Virus record (IMG/VR): IMGVR_UViG_3300042881_001544
Location: 1-52,767 of that record
DNA length: 52,767 nt
Source of the DNA: a virus
Taxonomy: Duplodnaviria; Caudoviricetes
Reading direction: 5' to 3' (one strand)
Below are positions 29,731 to 36,430 of the stretch, piece after piece. How positions within the stretch are numbered: position 1 is the stretch's first letter; each line of letters starts with the position of its first letter. Both the position numbers and the translations under genes were made by a program. The notes below the pieces were generated by a model, which was given only the letters and a program-made list of their open reading frames with translations, was not told the origin of the DNA and did not search any database.

Positions 29731-29904
29731 TCATGCTTGTTCGTCGTATTGGTCGGGGTCTTGTAGGGTCTTCTCTATTGCTTCGTCAACGTCAATTTCT
29801 TGGTCGCATTTCGGGCAATGCTCGGCCCAAACTCCAGCAGAATCTATCCTAATCGGAAACTCATGCTGGCATTCGGAATTCTGGCAAGTGTGATCGTATA
29901 TCAT
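29731..29904 (-). CDS. Small Zn-ribbon protein (MIYDHTCQNSEC...CPKC)
   Basis: Hand-read ORF with 4-nt overlaps. Confidence 0.55.
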   Translation of the reverse strand: MIYDHTCQNSECQHEFPIRIDSAGVWAEHCPKCDQEIDVDEAIEKTLQDPDQYDEQA

Positions 29905-30044
29905 AGTGATTCTATTGCTTTCTTGTATTGTTGTTCTTGTTTCTCGGCGGCATCAAGCCTATCGCAAAGAATTTGAACCTCTAACGCAAGAATACGGATT
30001 TGTTCGGCGATTGCGTCGAGTCGCTTGTTTTGTTCTTCGGTCAT
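29901..30044 (-). CDS. Small coiled-coil protein (MTEEQNKRLD...)
   Basis: Hand-read ORF. Confidence 0.5.
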   Translation of the reverse strand: MTEEQNKRLDAIAEQIRILALEVQILCDRLDAAEKQEQQYKKAIESL

Positions 30045-30054
30045 GGTTGCGATA

Positions 30055-30216
30055 TCATTTTTTTGTGGTTTCTAGGAATGCAATGATTTCCTCTAACTTC
30101 TCGGAAATAGCATCTGTTGTGGCGATGAGGGCATTTAGCCTTTCCTCTAGGGTTTCTGTTTTCTGTTCGGTTGCTTTCATATAGGCCTTTAGGTGCTGAT
30201 CGTTTAAGAATACCAT
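30055..30216 (-). CDS. Small coiled-coil protein (MVFLNDQHLK...)
   Basis: Hand-read ORF. Confidence 0.5.
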   Translation of the reverse strand: MVFLNDQHLKAYMKATEQKTETLEERLNALIATTDAISEKLEEIIAFLETTKK

Positions 30217-30240
30217 GTTTTTATGCGGTTAGTTGTGTGG

Positions 30241-30504
30241 TTACTTCAGAAAAAAATCTCCGCTGGGTGACATAGTAACAGTTTCCCAAGCTACAGGAAT
30301 CCAGTCATGTTTATCGGAGATAACTGGTTGGAGTCTGTGCGATCCTTCACGAGGGTCGGTTTCCCCATCCTTGAGGCGACCCATTAGAAGATCCCACATC
30401 CACTTATTGCTGGACATGGACGTTGAAGCATCTTGCCAATCATCTTGTCCATAATAATTGTGCTGTAATTGAAAACATACTGCTTTATGCGTGGTTTTGT
30501 TCAT
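30241..30504 (-). CDS. Hypothetical protein
   Basis: Track ORF 30241-30564; internal start after an AC-rich leader. Confidence 0.5.
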   Translation of the reverse strand: MNKTTHKAVCFQLQHNYYGQDDWQDASTSMSSNKWMWDLLMGRLKDGETDPREGSHRLQPVISDKHDWIPVAWETVTMSPSGDFFLK

Positions 30505-30574
30505 GTTGTTTTTTGGTGGTTGCGATTTGCTATGGAGCCTGTATTTATGCGGTTCTGTAGCCAATCTTGTTTAT

Positions 30575-30603
30575 ACCCTACAAGGTTTTTGCAGTATGTG
30601 CAA
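30575..30603 (-). promoter_or_regulatory. Sigma70-type promoter TTGCAC-N17-TAGGGT
   Basis: Exact 17-nt spacer; same -10 hexamer as the promoter at 34962-34990. Confidence 0.6.
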
Positions 30604-30628
30604 GAACTTTTTACAGGGTTCCAGTTGG

Positions 30629-30674
30629 TACTGGCTTCTGCTCCCCCCATTACAGGAGAAGCAGAGTGTCAATA
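30629..30674 (-). repeat. Intergenic stem-loop element 10
   Basis: TATTGAC-ACT-CTGCTTCTCC..GGGGGAGCAG-AA-GCCAGTA immediately after the stop. Confidence 0.8.
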
Positions 30675-31193
30675 CTACTGCTTGAAAAAATACTTCCCAT
30701 TCTTAAAGCGGATGCTTCGGGTGGAAGTGATTGTTTTAATCGGTTTGCCCCTAAAGTTTGTAACAGAGTTAACTGCATCCAAAATGCGATCAATTCCGAT
30801 ATAAGCCTCAATAGCAGATGCATACAGAATCGTAAAAACATCCTGCTTGCGATGTTCATTACAGATCATGGCATCATGGAGATCGAAATCCCACCAAGCT
30901 AGACCAATCTCACGATTAGTAAGCGTAGAGAAATCAATACGATCATCCATATCTGGATCGTTGGCCCAACAATCCTTGCAAATGCCACCAAGAAGCATTT
31001 TGGAGTAAGGGGAAATGACCTCCTCACAATTAGGGCATTGATGCACATTAAGAGACTGAATTGCAGACTCCAAACGCTTAATCGAACCCACCAAAATCCG
31101 CATATAATCGGCATCGGCTTGACCAATCTTTCTACTAGGGATAGAAAGATGGAAACGCTCCCCAAAAGGGGATAGGGACTTTTTATTCTTCAT
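30675..31193 (-). CDS. Early hypothetical protein with CxxC...CxxC
   Basis: SD CAGGAG; CPNC and CKDC. Confidence 0.65.
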   Translation of the reverse strand: MKNKKSLSPFGERFHLSIPSRKIGQADADYMRILVGSIKRLESAIQSLNVHQCPNCEEVISPYSKMLLGGICKDCWANDPDMDDRIDFSTLTNREIGLAWWDFDLHDAMICNEHRKQDVFTILYASAIEAYIGIDRILDAVNSVTNFRGKPIKTITSTRSIRFKNGKYFFKQ

Positions 31194-31243
31194 AACTCCT
31201 GTGTTGTTATACTGGCTGAATTGCCAGCATCGGTCTTGATGAA

Positions 31244-31286
31244 CCGATTAGGACACCCTAGATTGCTCTAGGATGCCCTGTATCGA
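31244..31286 (-). repeat. Intergenic stem-loop element 9
   Basis: TCGAT-ACA-GGGCATCCTAGA-GCAA-TCTAGGGTGTCC-TA-ATCGG. Confidence 0.85.
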
Positions 31287-31287
31287 A

Positions 31288-31596
31288 TCACTTATTGAAC
31301 CTTGTACGGAATCTCCGTTTTAGTTCCTTTGCCTCTTCCTTGATGCGCTTCTGTTCCTTCTTTGCCCTAGCCTTCTCTAACACCTTCCTCTGGCATCTGG
31401 AACGGATTGCCCAATGGTAAATATCCTCAATCCTGACCACTTCTTCCCTCCTTGTACCTAATGGTCGAATCTTGAGGAGATCACCTTCTGCTGATGATTC
31501 CAGAGTGACGCACAGGGGCTTGCCTGTATCGCACCCGAAACCATAGCCAAGGGTGATCCTAGTCTTGCGCTTAACTGGCTTATTTAGCGGAGTCAT
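31288..31596 (-). CDS. Early basic hypothetical protein (MTPLNKPVKR...)
   Basis: Internal start with SD AAAGGA. Confidence 0.65.
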   Translation of the reverse strand: MTPLNKPVKRKTRITLGYGFGCDTGKPLCVTLESSAEGDLLKIRPLGTRREEVVRIEDIYHWAIRSRCQRKVLEKARAKKEQKRIKEEAKELKRRFRTRFNK

Positions 31597-31631
31597 TGCT
31601 GTTTCCTTTCTGTTTCCAATAGCGGAATTGC

Positions 31632-31676
31632 TACTGGCTACTCCCCTCCCAATTATGGGAAGGGAGAGTGCCAATA
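31632..31676 (-). repeat. Intergenic stem-loop element 8
   Basis: TATTGGC-ACT-CTCCCTTCCCA-TAAT-TGGGAGGGGAG-TA-GCCAGTA. Confidence 0.85.
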
Positions 31677-31680
31677 TCAT

Positions 31681-31881
31681 TTAACCATTTAACTTGTTGT
31701 TAAGACTTTCTACAACTTCGTTAGTTACTACCTCATCAACGTCACAAGAAAATCGAATGATAGAACAGGGTCTACCATCTAAATTTCCTTCTATAACCTT
31801 CACTACATAATGAGGGTTAATAAGGGTTTTCTTGTTTGTATTTAGATCAAATACTGACACTAACCTAGTTAGACTATTCAT
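31681..31881 (-). CDS. Early hypothetical protein (FlbD-like LINP motif)
   Basis: TLINPHYVVKVIE...V.E.VE pattern. Confidence 0.55.
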   Translation of the reverse strand: MNSLTRLVSVFDLNTNKKTLINPHYVVKVIEGNLDGRPCSIIRFSCDVDEVVTNEVVESLNNKLNG

Positions 31882-31912
31882 GCTGTTTTTTTGTTATCCT
31901 AGATTTAATTAT

Positions 31913-31953
31913 CTAGGCTTCTCCCCCCTGTTGCCAAGGAGGAGTGTGCCTAA
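31913..31953 (-). repeat. Intergenic stem-loop element 7
   Basis: TTAGGC-ACA-CTCCTCCTTG-GCAA-CAGGGGGGAG-AA-GCCTAG. Confidence 0.85.
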
Positions 31954-32163
31954 CTAATCTTCAAAATGTTCCCTTGCTTCTCTCAATTTGTCGAAATAAA
32001 GAGAACAACTCTTTTCAAAATTATCTCCTGTTCTGGTGTAGTAATGAGTAGGTTTAGAATACCCATGACCAGCATAAGCAGGGATAATTTCAAATTTTCC
32101 ATCTTCTGTCCTGTATCTGTGATGAATGTCACCAGATATAAGAGGTTGACGAATTAACTTCAT
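31954..32163 (-). CDS. Early hypothetical protein (MKLIRQ...)
   Basis: SD AAAGGAG before the internal ATG. Confidence 0.65.
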   Translation of the reverse strand: MKLIRQPLISGDIHHRYRTEDGKFEIIPAYAGHGYSKPTHYYTRTGDNFEKSCSLYFDKLREAREHFED

Positions 32164-32214
32164 AACTAACTCCTTTGTTTTGATCCTATTTAGTGATAGG
32201 TCACTTGATACCAT

Positions 32215-32269
32215 TTAGTACCAACTACTGCACCAGAAGTTGCCTTCTGATGCAGGGTGTTGAAACTAA
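32215..32269 (-). repeat. Intergenic stem-loop element 6
   Basis: TCAAC-ACC-CTGCATCAGAAG-GCAA-CTTCTGGTGCAG-TA-GTTGG; 35 bp identical to element 4. Confidence 0.9.
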
Positions 32270-32367
32270 TTACCAACGTACCAATCAATAACTAGAAAAC
32301 AAACTGCAACTAACCATACAATAGCACCATAATTAAGTGCCATCTCTAATATGTCGATTGTGTCCAT
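32266..32367 (-). CDS. 33-aa single-TM peptide (MDTIDILEMALNYGAIVWLVAVCFLVIDWYVGN)
   Basis: Hand-read ORF filling the gap between the 32369 stop and element 6. Confidence 0.55.
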   Translation of the reverse strand: MDTIDILEMALNYGAIVWLVAVCFLVIDWYVGN

Positions 32368-32368
32368 A

Positions 32369-32572
32369 TTATTTTACTTCAAAGCCCCCTTTAATTCTAT
32401 CGTGCCACTCTTGCCTTGCTTCTTGCAAGGTAATGATTCTTTCCTCTTCTCCATCGGGAATAATTCCATCAGAGTCTAAAGAGAAGTCTTTAACTCTAAC
32501 GCTATCACCTTCTGGAATGTAAGTTGCCCTAATAAATAATTTTGGGCTATTTAAGACTAATGAATAACTCAT
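32369..32572 (-). CDS. Early hypothetical protein
   Basis: ORF tiling, SD GAGGA. Confidence 0.6.
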   Translation of the reverse strand: MSYSLVLNSPKLFIRATYIPEGDSVRVKDFSLDSDGIIPDGEEERIITLQEARQEWHDRIKGGFEVK

Positions 32573-32574
32573 AT

Positions 32575-32760
32575 TTATTCCTCAATCAGAACTGAATACT
32601 CATCCAGTATGTTATGAATTTGCAGTTCAGTTTCGCACTTCTCAATCTCGTTCATTAAACTGCTTGCGTCATCCCCTTGAAGGAAAGTTGTCTTTCCACA
32701 GGCGAATATAATTTCGCAACCATAGTTTAATTCTATTATGTCGTGCAGTTTAACACTCAT
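32575..32760 (-). CDS. Early acidic hypothetical protein
   Basis: SD AAGGAGATAGTA. Confidence 0.7.
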   Translation of the reverse strand: MSVKLHDIIELNYGCEIIFACGKTTFLQGDDASSLMNEIEKCETELQIHNILDEYSVLIEE

Positions 32761-32803
32761 ATTACTATCTCCTTTTTTTGTTTTGACTCAATAGCCTTAT
32801 TGC

Positions 32804-32846
32804 TACTGATTACTGACCCCCTTTTCAGAGGGTCAGCGTATCAATA
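32804..32846 (-). repeat. Intergenic stem-loop element 5
   Basis: TATTGAT-ACG-CTGACCCTCT-GAAA-AGGGGGTCAG-TA-ATCAGTA. Confidence 0.9.
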
Positions 32847-33107
32847 TCAGTTTTCTACAGGAATTCCATTATTAGCCCCCATATAAGAGAACCAATCTTG
32901 CGGCTTTTGTTTAGCGTCTCCGTTTCCTACCTTTTTAAGCCACTTATTTATGTGACGAGTAGTAGTCGATGACCATGCGTATGAAGTGCGATAAAATCCC
33001 ACTCCATGAACATAAGCCGCAACTGGTGTTTCGTAACTAAACAGAAGAGAATTTCCATTGCTGAAAATTACTTCGTTGATGTTATCACCATGCGTTTTTA
33101 GTTTCAT
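32847..33107 (-). CDS. Conserved phage early protein (LFSYETPVAA...S.TT.RHINKW)
   Basis: Recognisable phage motif; SD AAGGAGATAGTA. Confidence 0.75.
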   Translation of the reverse strand: MKLKTHGDNINEVIFSNGNSLLFSYETPVAAYVHGVGFYRTSYAWSSTTTRHINKWLKKVGNGDAKQKPQDWFSYMGANNGIPVEN

Positions 33108-33156
33108 ATTACTATCTCCTTTTTTGCTGTTTGTTTATCTTGCTGACTGAATTGTT

Positions 33157-33203
33157 AGCAAGCTACTGCACCAGAAGTTGCCTTCTGATGCAGGGTGCTT
33201 ACT
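33157..33203 (-). repeat. Intergenic stem-loop element 4
   Basis: AGTAAGC-ACC-CTGCATCAGAAG-GCAA-CTTCTGGTGCAG-TA-GCTTGCT. Confidence 0.9.
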
Positions 33204-33213
33204 GACTAAATAA

Positions 33214-33396
33214 CTACTTGCAATTTTCGTTATTTAACTCTGCGATTGCGATGTTAATTCGCTTATCTCGCTTTTCTGCTTCCCCTGTTGTATCTTTGAA
33301 CAACAGGGAAATCGCTCTCTGTTTAGACTGAATAGAAAGGAGTTGTTTAACTCCTAACTTTTTCAGTTCTTCAATAGCTTTTCTTTCTTCACTCAT
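33214..33396 (-). CDS. Early hypothetical protein
   Basis: SD AAGGAGGTGA. Confidence 0.7.
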   Translation of the reverse strand: MSEERKAIEELKKLGVKQLLSIQSKQRAISLLFKDTTGEAEKRDKRINIAIAELNNENCK

Positions 33397-33427
33397 TCTG
33401 TCTCACCTCCTTTTTTTCTGTACCCTA

Positions 33428-33476
33428 TGCACAGATTATTGCCCCCCCCCATCAGGAGGGGCAATGTATCTAGGCA
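33428..33476 (-). repeat. Intergenic stem-loop element 3
   Basis: TAGAT-ACA-TTGCCCCTCC..GGGGGGGCAA-TA-ATCTG, overlapping the ardC stop. Confidence 0.85.
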
Positions 33477-34321
33477 CTAACTCCAAGAATGAAGTCACAA
33501 GCGGCATGGGCTTTTCCAGCCGCACTAACAACTAGCTTTTTGTCATCTTTCAGCCTCTTCAGCCAAGAAGCAATATATGCCGCTGAATTGTCGATTGTTC
33601 GATCAACAATACCAGCAACAGCGCAAAGATAGCTTGCGCCCATCTCTGCAACTAACTCTTCCTTGGCATAATTGCTATCTCCAAACTTGCTGACCACATT
33701 TTGAAACCTTCCTAATCTTGACTCATGACCTGTGGCATGGGTCAATTCATGGAACAGGGTAGAATAATATTCAGCCTCTCCCTTGAAGGTTTCTTTTTTC
33801 GGCATATTAACAACGTCAGAATCCCGACGATAATAGGCAGACTGATCAACGTGAGTTATAACAGGCTTTTTCTGCATATTCGCCACAATTTTTTCAGCCT
33901 CTTCAATAGGGTTGAAAGTAATCTGTGGCTCATCTGATACAGGAATGTTCAGCCCATCGCATTGACTAACATTAAAGACGTTATAATAACGCAACATCGG
34001 AATCGTTTTCTTTTCCTTTGTTACCTTATCAATGGTCTCTAACATTTTCCAGTAAACAACCATTGTTGACTTCTCGCCCTTTCTGACCTGACCTCCCAAC
34101 TCTGTGGCTTGCTTGTAGCTTACCCAGTATGGGGAAGAGAAGCCAGCACAGGAGAGAAGCCAGACATTTAGACCTCTGTAAGCCTTCTTGCTCACATAGT
34201 TGATAGGGAACTGGTTTGAACCGCCAGCCCAAGGCTTGTGCCAAGGCACAACACCCTGTTCCAAAAGGTCAATAATGCGATCAGTTACAATGCTGTAAAC
34301 GTCAACTTTTTCTTTGCTCAT
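33470..34321 (-). CDS. ardC: ArdC antirestriction/ssDNA-binding protein with zincin-like domain
   Basis: PWHKPW, YRGLN, SYKQA..LGGQVRKGEK, YNVFNVSQ, HELTHATGH..RL, YAKEELVAE. Confidence 0.95.
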   Translation of the reverse strand: MSKEKVDVYSIVTDRIIDLLEQGVVPWHKPWAGGSNQFPINYVSKKAYRGLNVWLLSCAGFSSPYWVSYKQATELGGQVRKGEKSTMVVYWKMLETIDKVTKEKKTIPMLRYYNVFNVSQCDGLNIPVSDEPQITFNPIEEAEKIVANMQKKPVITHVDQSAYYRRDSDVVNMPKKETFKGEAEYYSTLFHELTHATGHESRLGRFQNVVSKFGDSNYAKEELVAEMGASYLCAVAGIVDRTIDNSAAYIASWLKRLKDDKKLVVSAAGKAHAACDFILGVSA

Positions 34322-34381
34322 AATACTATCTCCTTATGTTTTGACTCTGGTATAGCGTACCAGTACGCCAGTTGCTTTTGC

Positions 34382-34424
34382 TACTGATTATTGCCCCCTG
34401 TTTCCAAGGGGCAATTTATCAATA
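34382..34424 (-). repeat. Intergenic stem-loop element 2
   Basis: TATTGAT-AAA-TTGCCCCTTG-GAAA-CAGGGGGCAA-TA-ATCAGTA. Confidence 0.9.
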
Positions 34425-34586
34425 TCAATTCCGATTTAAAAGACGCTTTTTAGCTTCATTTAGATCGGCAATCTCCTCTTTAGAGTAATCAAACCTTATC
34501 GCCATGCGTAGTTCCATTTCTACTCCTTCAAGGGTCAAATCTTCTAGGATTTTAATGACGCATTTTTCGCTATATTCTTTTTCCAT
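34425..34586 (-). CDS. First early gene, 53 aa (MEKEYSEKCVIKILED...)
   Basis: Hand-read ORF with SD AAGGAG; its stop abuts element 2. Confidence 0.7.
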   Translation of the reverse strand: MEKEYSEKCVIKILEDLTLEGVEMELRMAIRFDYSKEEIADLNEAKKRLLNRN

Positions 34587-34644
34587 ACTATCTCCTTATG
34601 TTTTGATGCTTTGAAAGTCAAAGCCGCCTCCAACACAATCTGTG

Positions 34645-34695
34645 CTGATTATTGCCCCCTGATTAGTCGAAACTAAACAAGGGGCAATTTATCAA
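34645..34695 (-). repeat. Intergenic stem-loop element 1
   Basis: TTGAT-AAA-TTGCCCCTTG-[TTAGT-TTCG-ACTAA extension]-CAGGGGGCAA-TA-ATCAG. Confidence 0.9.
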
Positions 34696-34870
34696 AACAG
34701 CTTTATGAGTTTTTTCCCTTCTTGCCACGGATTTACAACCAATGCCCATCCTAGAGGGGGTTCCATTGTAACGTTCTACCTATTGCTACAGGGTGAGAGC
34801 GTCACCAGCAATTTTCGATAGGGTCAGGTCAGGAACCAGTTCGGGAATGAACCAGTCAACCAGCAAGCTA

Positions 34871-34905
34871 AAATGTCAAAGAGCATGAAACGGGGATAAA
34901 CCCCG
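34871..34905 (-). promoter_or_regulatory. Hairpin plus boxA-like antitermination element
   Basis: CGGGG-TTTAT-CCCCG then TGCTCTTTGACATTT (E. coli rrn boxA is TGCTCTTTAACA). Confidence 0.55.
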
Positions 34906-34961
34906 AATTGTGGAGCGGTTCAAAGGGTGAGAGCTTCACCAAACCGCTTCCAACTTCATCC

Positions 34962-34990
34962 ACCCTATAAAAGAATCTTTCAATGGTCAA
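34962..34990 (-). promoter_or_regulatory. Early promoter TTGACC-N17-TAGGGT
   Basis: 17-nt spacer and upstream A-tract; points into the early array. Confidence 0.65.
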
Positions 34991-35314
34991 TAGGTTTTTT
35001 TCATGGGTATGCAAAAAAGTCTCTAGAACCGCATTCTAGAGCCTTCTACAGGCAATGAGATTTTTTGCCACAAAATCATCAGGAACAAGAAAACAACCCC
35101 TAGAAGCCCATTTTATAAGCCTCTAGCCCTTCAACCGCTTAAACACTACATCCAGCAACATTCTTTCAAAAACTTTTATGCCACAAACACGACGAATATT
35201 CTTGACGGATTTCAATGTAAGACACTAAAATAGAAGCCACAAAGGAAGCCCCTCAAAAGCCCCTTGTAGCTACTGGATTGACACACTCAATTAAACTAGG
35301 TAAAGGCTAGACAT

Positions 35315-35851
35315 ATGACTAACCAGCAACCTTCCAAAATACCTAACCTCACAACCAAACAGATTGCCTATTGTACCCTTCGAGCCAAAGGCGAAAACAA
35401 GGCTCGCTCATATCTGTTAGCGGGATACAAAGCCGCTAATTCTGAACAAGCAGGATCAGCCGCTTGTAAGTTAGAAGCTGATGACAGAGTGCATTCCTAC
35501 ATCTCTACTCTTAAAGAGAGTAGCTTTTTGAAAGAGGCATTGACATTAGCAGAGAAAAGAGCCTTTTTGGCTAGGGCAGTTAGGTGTGATGTAAGTAATC
35601 CTGATGCTGACCTGATACAGGAAGTGAGTGAGTCAAGTAATGAACATGGAGTTAGCAGGAGAGTAAAGGTTGTGGACAGGTTGCGAGCCTTGGAACTCGA
35701 TAGCAAAATCGCAGGGGATTTCTACTCTGATCGTGAGCCTCAAGCTAACAACCCGTTTATGCTCATTGTGGCGATGGGCCGAGATGCCGAGCAGTTCAAG
35801 ATTGGAAACGGAAACACAATCCCCATTGATGCTGAAATCATCCCTTCCTGA
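35315..35851 (+). CDS. terS: Terminase small subunit
   Basis: LTTKQ..YC...SYLLAGY...AACKL...V..YI; DRLRALEL. Confidence 0.75.
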   Translation: MTNQQPSKIPNLTTKQIAYCTLRAKGENKARSYLLAGYKAANSEQAGSAACKLEADDRVHSYISTLKESSFLKEALTLAEKRAFLARAVRCDVSNPDADLIQEVSESSNEHGVSRRVKVVDRLRALELDSKIAGDFYSDREPQANNPFMLIVAMGRDAEQFKIGNGNTIPIDAEIIPS

Positions 35852-36058
35852 TGGGGTATCTAACAATCCTTTTTAATAAGGGATCCCTTACCGCATGGTG
35901 CCCCTCCCACCCACCCCAACTGGCCTCGGTGAGTTAGTATACATGACCCAATGAAAAAAAATCAGTATTTGGGAAGTTCCTCTTATTTTAGATTCTTGTA
36001 GAAAGAATATCTAATAAAGTGCTTTACAGGTTGATGATTGTGGAGATAGTTTGCTGGC

Positions 36059-36421
36059 ATGAATGAAGGCGAACTATTAATTACTTTGTTGAATGCGGCT
36101 ACGATTGGTCATGTGTTGCATTTGAGGAGTAGGAGCTATGCGGAGCATAAGGCATTGGATGGGTTTTATAGTGGGATGCCGGGGCTTGTGGATGGCGTGG
36201 TGGAAGCGTGGCAGGGAAGGAATGGAGAATTGGTGAAGTTCCCTGATCAGATGGTGGAGTTGAGCGAGCATACTGATGCGCTTGTGTATTTGAATTTCTT
36301 GAAGGTGATGTTGGATGAGGAGAGGTATGTGTTGGGAGATGATAGTGAGATTCAGAATATGGTGGATGAGATTGCCGCTTTGATTGATTCCACGCTTTAC
36401 AAGCTGACATTCCTAAAATAA
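36059..36421 (+). CDS. DUF5856-like ferritin/Dps-like four-helix protein
   Basis: HVLHL..SYAEHKAL..FY, IQN.VDEI...TLYKL.FL. Confidence 0.8.
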   Translation: MNEGELLITLLNAATIGHVLHLRSRSYAEHKALDGFYSGMPGLVDGVVEAWQGRNGELVKFPDQMVELSEHTDALVYLNFLKVMLDEERYVLGDDSEIQNMVDEIAALIDSTLYKLTFLK

Positions 36422-36430
36422 AAATTTGGT

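Noticed and set aside
30629-34695. CRISPR array or classical integron attC array
   Set aside because: The units between repeats are whole genes and the repeats vary in sequence. I saw no consistent RYYYAAC/GTTRRRY boxes and no tyrosine recombinase.
30629-34695. Array hairpins as ordinary intrinsic terminators
   Set aside because: They have no U-tract on the coding strand, and the conserved internal loop is not needed for termination
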